64,000 nt of DNA from Batkoa obscura (Eukaryota): contig JASVEC010000025.1 in NCBI GenBank assembly GCA_030770535.1, forward strand, positions 372,001-436,000, read 5' to 3'. Shown piece after piece: positions 39,972 to 53,115 of the stretch. The translations under genes were made by a program, and so were the position numbers. Positions within the stretch are counted from its first letter, which is position 1. Each line of letters opens with the position of its first letter. Below the pieces are notes generated by a model. The model worked only from the letters and a program-made list of their open reading frames with translations, had not been told where the DNA came from and made no database searches.

Positions 39972-40867
39972 GACTTCTTCTAATTTGATTAAGAAACAAT
40001 ATAATATAATTTCAAATTTTTTTCTGAATACTCTTGCTTTTAGTTTGGATAACTATTTTATTTTATTTATTTGTATTGGATGGCTTGGTGGAGTGTCAGT
40101 AATTCTCTTCAAGTACCTATCGTCCCCATTGTCTATTCAAAATTTATATCAAACTTAGTTTTCAATTAATATACTTTTGAGAAGCTTATATTAAAAATCA
40201 TACTTGTATAAGTCAAGAATTTGATTTGTAATAAATATTTGCTACTGATCATTTAAGGAGCTTACAAATTTTCAAGTGCTAATTTACTATTAGTCAAAGC
40301 GGCTTCATACAAACTTATGTTATCCTTATATGTTTTATAAGGATACAATTGTAAATGAGTTTTTTTATGAATTAAGTTTTACATGGTGACATAAAGGTGT
40401 TGATTTTCTAATATATTAAATTTGAAAGCAAATTTTAGTTAAGTTTAAAGTTATAAAATGCCCCATAATTTGAACCTTAGTTGTGAACCTTTCAAGCTTT
40501 ATTAGTCAAGTATTCGAAATAAAATCCAGTTGTTAGTAATGTTTTTACTGTATTCAAGTCCACGTTTTGTTTTGTTAGTATTAATAGTTGAAAATTTATA
40601 ACCAATAATATAAATTAGTAATTATCGATAAAGTTCTTTATCAATATAACAAAAGTGTGCTTTTTAAGATGCAAGATTAAATAAAATTGATTGTTCTAAA
40701 AACTTAATTAATATCCCAATTGAATATTTCAAAAATACCAAAAAAATTAGGCCATCCATTGCAAGGATTGGCTAGTTACAAAGAGCCACAAATTGCCAAC
40801 TTTAGTAAAAATTATTATATGCTGGTGGAAGGTATCTGAGTTTAATAACTATTTTTTTTCAATTAAA

Positions 40868-43553
40868 ATGGGTGAGGTAGACGATAATGAATCAATTATG
40901 GAATTGGATACGTACATTGACCTTTCGGATAATAATTTACGCGAAGTACCCCCCATTAATGGAGGTAAATGGATATTATTATTACTACTTTAATCTAGTT
41001 GAAAATAAAAATGCAAAAATAATAAAAATAATTCAATCTAATCCCCATTTCTAGTTGTAACCCATCTTCGTCTAGATTCTAATGAGATTAATAATTTATT
41101 TAAATTCAAAATGGATGATTTTACAAGCTTAACAGTATTGGACTTAAGTTATAATAAGCTGGAAGAGTTTAGCTCAACATTTAATAAGCTAACCCAACTC
41201 AAAGAGTTATATCTCAACCATAATTATTTAACCGACATACCAAGCTCAATAGCTCATTTGAAGAATTTGGAAATTTTAGATGTATCATACAATAAAATTG
41301 TAAAAATATCAGCTCAAGGCGTTGTTAAACTGGTTAACCTACACCACCTCAACTTAAGATACAACCTATTGGAAGAATTGCCTTATTCTTTAGGAGTTTT
41401 AGAATCTAGGCTGTTTACTTTATTGGTGGATAACAACCCTTATAATAGTCATTTTATTAACTTAATAGGTATTTTTTATTGCATAAACTTTAATCATTTA
41501 TTTTAATCTAGTTAGGTACTTTGTTACAAGAGAATCAGCAATTATCTTTACCAAAAACTAATCGATGGTCAAGGCTTCGTAGTGCCATGCGAAGGAGTAT
41601 ATCTTTAGATAATGAAGATGCCGATTATTTTTTAGACCCGGAAATACAGATGAGTAAGCAGAGAAGTCTGATGAACTTACGGGAAGAAAAAAGGATGCAT
41701 GAGAAGTTTAAAAAATTAGCTTTAAAAAAAGAAGATGGGGATGAGCAGCCAAAAATACCAGCTAAAAACCCTAGAAGGTTTGTAAAATCTTCTTCAACTA
41801 TGGGAGATAGCCTAGTTGAAAGGCAAGCATTTGATAATCGACGTTGTCAAACCTTAGACGGGTTTGTTTTTATGGCTGAAAGTGAACCAAATTCACCTTC
41901 TTTTGGCGTTGAAGAGATTGAATCTACCCCAAGAACACCAACTTCATTAAGAAAATTAGGCTTTTCAAACCTTGTAGAAGTAGAATCTACACCCAGTTTA
42001 CCAACCAGAAGAAGGTCACAATCAAAGAGTAGTATTAACACTAATTCTTCCAATGCCTCAACCCATCTTAAAGAGTCAAAAAATTTACCACCCTTACCCT
42101 TTTCACCGCCATATCAAGAAAATCACGAAAATTGGCCTCCAATTTCAGTCGGTGCTAACCAGCTACCCTCTCACTCAAAACTAATTGATTTTTTTCGTCA
42201 GCTTCGAGATATATGGGACTTGAGCCCAGCCTCAAGCGAAAGTAAAGAGGTGGGGATACATCGACGTAAAGTCAAAGATTTAAGCTTAATAAAAGGATCC
42301 GATGGAAATGGATCAGGGGATGATACAGATTTAACACCAGCGCCTAAATTGGATGGGGATAAAGCATCACAGGAACAAAGGAGGAGGAATATAATGCAAG
42401 AGATACTAACCACGGAAGAAACGTACGTTCATTCGTTAAAAGCATTGATAGAGATTTATATAGAAGGAGCGGAAAGAGAAAAAATATTTACAGCAGAAGA
42501 AAATCGAATCTTATTTTCTAATGTCAAGTCTATCTTATTATTTCATCAATCACATCTCCTTCCAGAAATCAAAAAAGAAGTTTTAACTCCAGATTCAGGA
42601 AGAATTGGAGGAGTATTTAAAAGGTTATCAGTGTATCTCAAAATGTATTCATTATATGTCAATGATTTTGATCAAGCAAACATTGAAGCAGAGAAACTAA
42701 ACTTAATATTACATAACCAGAATGGGATGATGGATAAGATGGGAGTTGGTGCGCAATCAAGGCAGAGAAGAAGGATTAAGAATTATTTGGAACAATGTAG
42801 CCAACATCCAAAACACAATCAACTTAATTTACAAGGCTTTCTATTATTGCCTGTACAAAGGATACCTCGTTACAAAATGCTTTTGTATGATTTGTTAAAA
42901 TATACCCCTCTAGATGACCCGGATCGACAGGACCTTATTGATGCACATTCTGATATTGCTAAAAGAGCACAGGAAATCAATGAGAGGAAAAGAGTTAAAG
43001 AGGCCAATGATAAAGTGATTGAGATTCAAAATTCAATAAAAGGAAATCATAAGGTAAGGTTTTGAATAATACTTTAAATAGGATAGCTAATAAATCTTAT
43101 AATAAGGTGCCCTTGGTTGAACCTCACCGTCGATTTATTAAAGAAGGGTTTTTATATCTATCAAGAATAGTTAGTTTAAAACAGGGACATTCCCAACCTC
43201 AACTAAATACTTTAGATGTACGTGTACACTTTAAGTATTTTTTGTTTAATGATATTATGATACAATGTAAAAGGATTGGCAAAGAACTGGAGCTCCATCG
43301 TATTTTGGAGTTGGGTACAAAACTCAAACCTGCAAGACTTATCTCTGGAAAATGTAAATTTTAACTTTTATTTTTATACTTTGAAATTAAATTAAATTAA
43401 ATTTTTAGCTTTAAGAGTAGTCGATAATCATACCGTTTATTACTTTTCAGGAGAAACTGAAGAGGTAATTTTGATTTGTATTTAGTTTCTATGTTTTATT
43501 TAATCAATATTTTTTAGTTGGCATCTTGGGCAGGAGCTATTAATTCTAGATAA
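40868..43553 (+). CDS. LRR + RhoGEF (DH-PH) protein, multi-exon
   Basis: LxxLxLxxNxL repeats; EILTTEETYV, LKMYSLYV, LLLPVQRIPRYKMLL; PH-like RRFIKEG..FLFNDIMI..W..AI. Confidence 0.88.
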
Positions 43554-43996
43554 CTTAACCATTTAAAATATCTTTCATTTATTAAAATTTTTAATTATTT
43601 TTTTTTCTACAATTTAATATTTGTTTCTTATAATTTGACGATCTTTCAAAAAGTTGTAATGTTTTTTTAGTTTATATCTTTTACACTATTTTACTTTGTT
43701 AATATGGTAGTCACTATTGAAAATTACTATACCATAAAGTTAAAATTATTTAGCTGTTTTTGCGATTATAATAACAGGTAACTAAATAGTGTCGGTAATA
43801 CTATTAGGACCTAAAAGCTTCTTATAAAAGATAATATATAAGTTAATTATTTCAATAGTAAGGCCAATTGCTTAAATTTTAATTAGTCATATTGAAAGTC
43901 AACATCAATTTTTTCCAATAATTCTTCTTAGCCAATCACAACGATGGTTGAATAAATTTAAAACGCTTTTCAAATAAATTTTATTTCTATATTGAA

Positions 43997-44996
43997 ATGT
44001 ATAAACAAAAAAACAAAGCAAAACTAGAAGCAAACTACAAAATAAAAAACAAGATAAATGAGATTGCCAGTTTCTTACTACCACTAACTGAAGGAAATTT
44101 AAGGAAAAAAAGTAAGCAAGAGAAAGGCAAAAAGAGTAAACATGAAGGGAATAAAAACAAAGTAATAGATTTGAAAAAGAAGGAAGTGAATGAGGCGATA
44201 AATGAAGATAATAAAGAGGAGGAAAAAGATAATAAACTATATATAAAAGAAGTAAAAAATAAAAATAGTATGCAAAGGAATTTTGGGTTAAAGCAAATTA
44301 TGGACACGCCGTATAAATTGGTTTGGTAACTATAATAAAAATTAACAATTGAATTGACCTAATATTGATTTAGGCCCGAGATACCAAACGAGATTCAAAA
44401 CCAGTGTTTGGAACTAACATTGAAGTAAATTAAATTTAAAAGTTAGTAATCCAATATTGATTTATTTAGATCAATAACCGAGCATGATAATCATAAACAA
44501 GAGATAACAATAGGTTTAAATGAAGTATTAAGTAAATTACAAAAAGAAGTTTTAGATGAAGAAGCTCCGTATCATGCAATAATCTTATGTAAAGAAGATC
44601 TTTCGAGTATATCGATATTGAATCCAATATTGCAATTAATATCAATGTACTCTGGGAAAATTTATCCAGTGCTAATGCCTAAAGGGAGCCAGCTTCAACT
44701 CCAAAGTAAACTCAATATTTCAAGATGCTGTGTTTTTGGTATCAAAGTAAGGTTTATTTTATTTTCGAATGTCTTTTACTCAATCGATCTAGAAGGACTC
44801 AGCGGCGTTTAGGCCTTTAATTGAATATTATATTACAGATGTTTTACCTTTAATTGAAACACAGCTTTTTGAGAACTCTTGGTTCAATCAGACTGGGCTG
44901 AATTCAGGAAACCCTGTTTATTTACCTCTTAATGTGAAAAATTTAAAGATAAAACAAATTAGGAAAGACAAGTTTAGCGGGGTTAGAAATAAATAG
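43997..44996 (+). CDS. RNase P/MRP subunit Pop3/Rpp38-like (L7Ae fold), multi-exon
   Basis: KQIMDTPY...W, ITIGLNEV, AIILCKED and LMPKGSQLQL...CCVFGIK across short introns. Confidence 0.6.
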
Positions 44997-46742
44997 ATTT
45001 TGTTATTTATTAAAGTGTATTGTGCTATACTGCCTTTTATTGATTTATTCAGTTAATTTTAATAAACTTTAATAGTATAATTTTAAACACAGTGGTTAAA
45101 ATTGTAGTTAGCCTCTTGTTATTATTAAAAATGACAAACTCTTAGATTAAACTATTCTATTCTCGGTGTAAAATTTAAATAAAGATTGTTAATAATAAAT
45201 AACAAGAATACTAAAAGCTTCAACAAAATTACTAGCTTTTTTAACTTTTATCTTATATGTAGTAATAATTATGTCAATATTTTATTAATTCTGAGGTTTA
45301 GACATCTTAAATGAATATCTATTTTATAAATAAATATTGTCGAAGTTTGAAGTACTTATGATTGTTTAGTATTATAATATTCAATTATACTTCTTTTTTT
45401 TATCAACATTAATAATATCAAATAACTGCACATTTTAATCTATTAAATTAAATAAGTTCATATGATAATAAAAACTTTATAATGACCAAGAATGGACAAA
45501 AATAATATGGCTAGCAAATACGCCATAAAATATTTTACAAAATGCACCATATTAAGATCAAACTTTAATTAAATTTAAACATTCTAATTACTCATAAAAG
45601 TTATTTAATTATCACATTGATTGTCATAGACAAAAAGGAGAATGTAATTTTATTATAAATTTTATAAATTTTTTCAACTTGATAAAATTAAAATTTTAAT
45701 GCCTTTACAATAAAAGAATAGATAAAAGTAAGTAAGTAGGAACAAACCACTTATACATATCATAAAAGAATAACTAAAACTTCATAATAAAATCAATAAA
45801 AGTAATAAACGCAACAACATCAAACAATTCTAATAGTTCCAATACTTCTACAAAACTTTTAATATAAATTCTAATTCCTTTATAACCACATTTTTAAATT
45901 GCGAAAATAAATTCCCAAATTAAAGAATCAAAGCAAATAAAGTCTGTTTGTTGGGGTTGAGTTTGAGCCAATAAGAAAGGGGTAACAATAGAACCGATGG
46001 TTCTGATTGAGCCATAATTTGACATATAACTTTAAAAAGTACTAAATTCCATTTCAATAGTAGTTTAAAATTAATAAGAGTGGAGTGGGGTGTCATAAAG
46101 TGGCGACATAACTCGAACAAAATAAACGTTATCATTTCAGTATTTAAAGAGGATGTGTGGGAGCAAGTAAATAAAGCTCAAATTAAAAAAATTGATAATA
46201 AACAATAAATAACACCAAGGTTAATTTTGAAAACAGGCTTCTTGTTATACTTTATTTAGTAATGTAATCAAGTTTGTGAGTGATTTAGTCGCAATTTGTT
46301 GCTTCAATAATAGTTTATCCATAAAATATAGAATAAATTGCTAGCTATTATTGGCTATAATCTAGAATCATACTTTATTAAATCTTTAGGATAAAAAAAG
46401 GGGAAGTCAAATAAGAGCTGAAGTCAAGTTAAAACCAATCAAGGGAATGTTTCGATATTAAACCCTCCAATTAAATAGTCACCTTAGGTGATTATGACAT
46501 TGATCTAACATCTACATCCCCTATCTTAAAATAGAAATATATGGCTTAAGGCCAAATAATGATCTTATTAAATAGTAGAACTAAGTGAGATTCGAATTCA
46601 TTTTATTAAATTTGTTTCTTTAACTTTTCAATAACTCTCATTTAAAAGTTATCTTTTACTTTCAACTTCCTTTTACATTATAAGATTACAACTATTATTC
46701 TTGATCTTATAATATAACCTTAATTCCATTTTATATAAATAT

Positions 46743-47557
46743 ATGAGTACTAGAAAGGTAACTCTTTCTCTCCTTTTTTCATTTCATTATTTAATATTTT
46801 AAATAAAGATAAGACGTGCCCCCATGCCAGACTTACGTAAAAAACTTGTTATTGTTGGCGATGGAGGTTGTGGAAAGACATGTTTATTAGTTGTGTTTGC
46901 AACTAATGAGTTCCCAAAAGTAACTTTTGATTAAGCTTATCTATATATCTTTTACTTATAACTTAACTTAGACTTACGTACCCACAGTATTTGAAAATTA
47001 TATGGCTCAAGTCAAAGTAGATGGTAAAAAGATTGAATTAGCCTTATGGGATACCGCTGGTCAAGAGGATTATGATAGGCTAAGGCCATTATCTTATCCA
47101 GATACAAACGTATTGATCATTGCCTTCTCAATTGCTTCTCAACTTTCACTTAAAAACGTAATAGAAAGAGTAAGTTTTATATTTTTTAGTTTTTTTAGCT
47201 TTACTAACTTTTTATTAGTGGCATCCAGAGATATCTCACTTTGCTTTAGGAGTACCCTTTTTATTAGTTGGTCTAAAATCGGATCTACGTAAAGACCTTC
47301 CTACTTTAACCGAATTGGATCGCTTAGGACAGGCGCCAGTATCTGAACAACAGGTAATAGATTAAGCTAAAGTAATAATCAGCTATTAATTTATTGATTA
47401 GGGTATATCCACAGCTAGACAAATAGGAGCAGTAAAATATTTGGAATGTTCTGCACGCACGCGCGAGGGGGTAGATCAAGTGTTCCAATCGGCTTGTAGA
47501 GCGATCATACAGAACCCCCTGGGCAAGTTAAAACGTAGATTTTGCAGTCCGCTTTAA
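46743..47557 (+). CDS. Rho-family GTPase (Rho4-like), 5 exons
   Basis: [50 protein letters not shown]-terminus [10 protein letters not shown]. Confidence 0.92.
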
Positions 47558-49800
47558 GTTATATATGTATTAAGCTAAAAATGGAATACGTATAAATCAA
47601 ATTTTAAAAATGACAAACGGTGGGTTGTAAAAACGTTCTCTATCCTATATCTGACCTTTATATATATACGATCACTAAGTCCATGTTCACATTACTGGTA
47701 ATGGTAGCTTATTTTTTCTTGTTGATATTTTCACTCTACTCTTTATTATTCTCCCTTCAAAACTTAAGATTTTAAATTTTCTTAGACTATTTTTTCACTT
47801 TATAACCCTACTATTTTTAAAATAAAATAATACAGCTTTTTTAATGTTTTTTAATTCATGTATGTAGTGTAAAGGTAACTTAATGTTATCTAGTCTCACA
47901 CCTGTAACCTTACCATTTTTAATACCAAAATGAAGACGCATTTTGTAGACAAACTGTAAGCTCATAAATAATAAATTAGTAATCTTCAGTAGATTTCAAT
48001 AAGGATAAGTTCCTCTCAGAATCTAATTTTCAAGTCCGCATAGTAACAGCTTGAGTGCCATAATCTCATCATGATCCACCTCATCAACTTTTGAAAAATT
48101 AATCCTAATTTTCTCCTCTGTAATTGGCTAGAATAAAACCGAAATTTTTTTTCAGAAGATTGTTTTAATCGGAGCTTTAGCTTTAGCTAGTGATTTTTTT
48201 AAGCCCAGTTTATTAACTGAAGTCATTCTGATTTCATGACGGACTTTTTATTTATTCTATAACTTTTTGGCTATTTATAATTTTAACTATAACTCATTAT
48301 AGGCACCAAGTTGCTACCTACGCAGTGAGCTGTCTTTTCTGGCTAAGCTTTTTAATATATCATATTTATGTTCGTTTATTCACAATGTATTTCAATATTA
48401 AGCTTTTACATAAATACAGGTTTAATAAGTGTAATAAAGTAGTAAGTTAAATCAAATCATTAGATTATTTTGTTTTTACAAAAGTTAAATCCAGTTTATT
48501 TTTGTATAAAAATTTAAAGCTACTTATAGAAAATATTTAGCACTATACAATTCAACAACCTTATTTACTTTTTGAGTTTTTACCTATACGTTTATAACTT
48601 TTACTTGAATCTTTATGCCTAAATAGATATTATATAAATAACATTAATTTATGAGTTTTAATGTTCTTAGATTATAAGAGAATTATAAAATCAACTCAGT
48701 GCTTAATGTAGATTCCAAATTTTTATTACTTGAATTAATAATATTTTAACATAATCGTTTTATTGCTTAAATTAAAAATTGATATTATTTTATCAGTATG
48801 ATGATATAATACCTGATTGAGTACTGTGAGCAACTCTATCTTTGTAATAAAGTACTGGATCCTACATATTATTAAGCTACATGTAAGCTTTTAAGCTACT
48901 CTAATATTATGAGCAAGAATGATATTAATAAAAGACCCAGTAGTTTTCCATAAAATATTATTAAGATTACATATTGCGGTTATTTTTATTATGTATAATA
49001 AAACAATTATCTTAACAATCAATAATAGACTGGGTACAACTTTAAGCTATTGGGATGTATGGAAAGAATAAGAATACCATGCATATCATTAATAATAAAT
49101 TTATTTTTAGACATTCAACTCTTATTACATGAGTATAACAGATTGTTCCAATTTAATGAGTGGATGTTTTTTAAATTCAACTAATAAATGGATGTTAAAT
49201 TAAAGAGTTGACTAAGCATATAATAACTAAATTAAATCCTTACATTTATATAAAAAAGTTTAAACTCTAAAAATAATCTTTATTCGCATTATACATTTTA
49301 TACTCTTATTATCTTACCTTGGTAACGATTTTAAATATCCATTTTTATATTAAAACTTATTTAAAAAAATAAAGATATTATTAAACTATATTTCAACAAA
49401 TTTCACTTATATATAATTGATTGCTATTTATTATACCAATCATTTTGGTCATCTATAACAAAGCGTTCTCAAGGCTTATTTTAATATTCTATTATAAGAA
49501 ACTGTCAAATCTTATATCTATATTATCTTCAAATCTTAATAGAGTCATAAGGTTTAGTATCCGATTATGAGTATGTAATGTGTATAATGTTTGATCTAAT
49601 CACTGTATAATTCTACATTCAATGGCCAAAGTTAATTATCAAAGGTAATGACAATTATAAGGTAAGTGCCCTTCTTATGATAACTTTCAAAATGCTATAG
49701 ATATAATAAATGGAGAAATAAGTTAAAATTTTAGTCCGATTATATTACTTTCCTATATACTTATTAACTAAAAATAATTGGCATTTATACTAAAATACAT

Positions 49801-49898
49801 GGGGATGTTTTTTTGGTTTCATTACTTTTTCCATCTTTTAAGCGCTATTTGAGTAGAAAATTCATTAGTAAAATTCTTAGACAGAAAAACTTATCCCC
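49801..49898. mobile_element. MITE family A copy
   Basis: Consensus match; ACAT TSD. Confidence 0.88.
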
Positions 49899-50163
49899 AC
49901 ATGCTCAGTATATTTTAGGATTTGATTAATTTATATTCAAGAATTGAATTTTGAACTTTATAAAATTTTATTGAACTTAACAATTTATTTATAAAAGTAG
50001 TTTTTATAACTAATCATAATTTAACATCAAACGTTTAGTGACTATAAATTAAAAATTATCCACGTATACAGAATGAATTTAGTCGCATCATTGATCATAT
50101 TATATTTAGTATCTTAAATATTAGTATGGTATTTTAAATAAAAATAAAAATAAAACATAAAAT

Positions 50164-50361
50164 GAGGATGTTTTTTTGGTTTCATTACTTTTTCCATTTT
50201 TTAAACGGTATTTGGGGATGTATTTTTGCGTTTGAGAATTTTACTAACAAATTTTCCACTCAAATAGCGCTTAAAAGATGGAAAAAATAATGAAGCTAAA
50301 AAAGACACCCCCATTTGAGCGGAAAAATTGTTAGCAAGATTTTTGAACAAAAATACATTTC
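50164..50361. mobile_element. Nested MITE family A pair (inner copy 50214-50312, opposite orientation)
   Basis: The inner copy duplicates the ATTT of the outer consensus (CGCT-ATTT-GAGC). Confidence 0.88.
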
Positions 50362-50397
50362 AATGTAATATATTTTTAAACTGAGATTATAATACAA

Positions 50398-50479
50398 GAC
50401 ACTTTGGCCGAGCGGTTAAGGCGTGAGCCTAGAAAGCTCATGGGGTTTCCCCGCGCAGGTTCAAATCCTGCAGGTGTCG
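50398..50479 (+). tRNA. tRNA-Ser(AGA)
   Basis: 82 nt; TGAGC-CTAGAAA-GCTCA anticodon arm; long variable arm; three identical copies in the window. Confidence 0.95.
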
Positions 50480-50697
50480 ATTACTTTTTAACTTATATTC
50501 ATTCATATTGTAAAATTTACTTTTAAACGATAATACATGATATAAAACGAAATTGGTTAATTCCCAAAATAGTTTTTTTACAACAAATTTCAAAGTCAAT
50601 TATAAAACTACTTGCTGATTCAAAATTTTAAACTCATAATAGCATTTATATAAATAGTTTATTTGGTGACCACAGGTTAGATTATGAGATATTCAGT

Positions 50698-51228
50698 TTA
50701 AAAGTAATATCCACCGCTACCACTTCCGATCCCAGTATATCCACTGCCAGATCCGTAATAGCCACTACTACCGCTTCCATAATTGCCACCATAGTAACCT
50801 CCGCCATAATAACCGCTACCTCCATAACCACTTCCATAATAGCTTCCACTATTTCCGTAATATCCTCCACCATAGTAAGGATAACCACCGCTACCTCCAT
50901 TTGCTCCACTATAACTAATATAATTATTTACCGTAGAACTAGCTGATGAGCCAGAGCTACCGCTGCTACTGCCTCCATCGCTATTACCAAACCCACCACC
51001 AAGTATACCATGTAAAAGTGGGTAAATCAAACCTAAAGTCTTACCCTGTACAGGCTCCGCTATTGGAGTAGCTTCAGAATTAGGAACTTGGTTTTGAGAA
51101 GATAAACTAGGCGCTTGATTCTTAGAGGATAAATTGGGAGCTTGATTTTCTGAAGGTAAGCTAGGTGCTTGCTGGTCTTCACAGTAAACCAAAGCAGTTA
51201 AAAGTAAAAAAATTGGTGTAAATTTCAT
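50698..51228 (-). CDS. Secreted Gly/Tyr/Ser-rich protein 1
   Basis: Signal peptide, QAPxLSS repeats, VQGKTLGL motif and GGYY repeats; paralog at 52465. Confidence 0.85.
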   Translation of the reverse strand: MKFTPIFLLLTALVYCEDQQAPSLPSENQAPNLSSKNQAPSLSSQNQVPNSEATPIAEPVQGKTLGLIYPLLHGILGGGFGNSDGGSSSGSSGSSASSTVNNYISYSGANGGSGGYPYYGGGYYGNSGSYYGSGYGGSGYYGGGYYGGNYGSGSSGYYGSGSGYTGIGSGSGGYYF

Positions 51229-51769
51229 TGTTAATGTATTTCAAATAATACAGAAATGTTATTAAATTGGGCGGTTTATATAGCTGTCTCTTTTTTTATT
51301 AAAGTAAAGCCTTTTCTCTAAAGTTAGGCTTGCTATGCTTTTTTTATAGTTTCAGCCGGACTATTAAGGATTCTTAATGTTAAAAATAAAGTCTCATTTG
51401 ATGATCGGGTTTGGTATGCTATGTGGTAATTATCAATAAGATATCAATTTTTTAATTTAGGTTGTGTAATGGCATAGTATTTGAAGCTATAAAAATGAAC
51501 ATTTTTTTACTCCTTTAAGTTTACATAATAGTTTATATCATTAGTAGCAAATTTTATTTTAAAAAAATAATTAGTTTTAGTTTCAAGTTCGAATTTAAGA
51601 TATTCCCTTTTTTGGCTTATGGCTAACTGTTTTAAATAAAAATTAAATTAAAAAATACTGTACTACAAAAATACTGTATTACAAAAATACCCTTCTTGTT
51701 ATGCCTTTTAGCTATCACTTCATGTTAAACTATAGATGTTTTATACTAATAATGTTTGAGATTGTATAT

Positions 51770-51866
51770 GGGGGTGTTTTTTTTGGTTTCATTATTTTTT
51801 CCATTTTTTAAGCACTATTTGAGCAGAAAGATTGTTAGTAATTCTTAAACAAAAAAATACATCCCC
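51770..51866. mobile_element. MITE family A copy
   Basis: Consensus match; ATAT TSD. Confidence 0.9.
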
Positions 51867-52464
51867 ATATTAAAGAATATTTCAGTAATAAAATAATTTC
51901 AAAATTCATCAAGTATTAAGTAATATCGCTAAAGTAGTGTGCTTTAAATCGAAGTGAATTAGAGATATCAATAATGATTCTCATTATGTTTTGTCCAATA
52001 TAGTAGTAGCTAATACTGTTATTTTTAATTCATAATTTTTAAATAGAGTATCCATTTCATAGAGTAGTCCTTTAGTTTGTTTAAGTTTTTGGTCAGTATT
52101 TTCATAGTATAAAATTGCTTTAAAATAAATAAACTATTGTCTTTACATGACAAAAATTCATAATATTGTAACATTGTTTCAAGCTATCTATATTGAAAAT
52201 TTATAAATATTCTAGGTACTAAAGCTACGAAAATATATAATATCTAAGTGCTTTATTCTGGTTAATTTAATTAAATTTGATATTAGATTTGAAGGTCAGA
52301 AATTAAATGACTGATCGTTGTTATTGTATTCTATACTGTGCTTAAGTGGTTTAATATGTTAATATGAAATATTCATGCTATTTATACTAAATAGTTTAAA
52401 TCGAAAAAAGTGATAATCTAGCCTTATAGTTAAAATAAAATTGAGATATAGCAATAATTTATTC

Positions 52465-53115
52465 TTATGAGTATTTGACGTAGCAGGAGGCACCTTGAGA
52501 AACTTGGCAGAGATAACCGCTATTAGATTTGCTAATTTTGAATGTATTAGATGGGCAAGTAAGTTGAATGACAGATGAGCCTTGAACTCCGCTAATATTA
52601 AAAATGTAAAGAGTATAGGTGCCATCTCCATTATTAATGTATTTAATATTTGGAGAATAGATGGTATAATAGTTATTAACAGTTCCGTAATATTGGTTAG
52701 GACCATTCGATCCAACAATGCCACTATAATAAGGATAACCTCCATAATAGCCACTACTACCACCGTAATAGCCTCCATTACCACCATAGTAACCTCCGCT
52801 ATAATAGGGGTAGCCACCGTAATAACCTCCACCCCCATAGTAGCCTCCACTGCCACCGCTACCTCCACTATAACTTCCACCGCTACCTCCACTATAACTT
52901 CCTCCACTGCTTCCACCGAACAAAGCTCCAAATACTGAACTTAAGATAGGAACAACTAAACCCAATGTTCTTCCTTGAACACCATTTTTTGCGCTAGTAT
53001 CTAAAGTTGGAGTTACTTCTTCCCCAGCAGGAGGGATGCTACTGGTAGCTTGGGTATCAGCACCAGCATAACCCAAAGCGACTAAAGTCAAAAGAAAAAT
53101 AGATGTGAATTTCAT
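52465..53115 (-). CDS. Secreted Gly/Tyr-rich protein 2 with a small Cys-containing C-terminal domain
   Basis: MKFTSIFLL signal, VQGRTLGL, GGYY repeats and a shared TVNNY motif. Confidence 0.85.
   Translation of the reverse strand: MKFTSIFLLTLVALGYAGADTQATSSIPPAGEEVTPTLDTSAKNGVQGRTLGLVVPILSSVFGALFGGSSGGSYSGGSGGSYSGGSGGSGGYYGGGGYYGGYPYYSGGYYGGNGGYYGGSSGYYGGYPYYSGIVGSNGPNQYYGTVNNYYTIYSPNIKYINNGDGTYTLYIFNISGVQGSSVIQLTCPSNTFKISKSNSGYLCQVSQGASCYVKYS

Noticed and set aside
39934..40158. 74-aa ORF
   Set aside because: Antisense to tRNA-Glu, with a GTG start.
40321..40345. 10-bp perfect hairpin TATCCTTATA-N5-TATAAGGATA
   Set aside because: Plausible by chance in AT-rich DNA, with no supporting context.
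22918..44307. Short ORFs overlapping SLA2, CobW, GEF and POP3-like genes
   Set aside because: Antisense or out-of-frame shadows of real genes.
45100..49500. Hydrophobic coding-like fragments around 45.5-45.9 kb and 48.8-49.1 kb
   Set aside because: Could be AT-composition artefacts; there are many stops.
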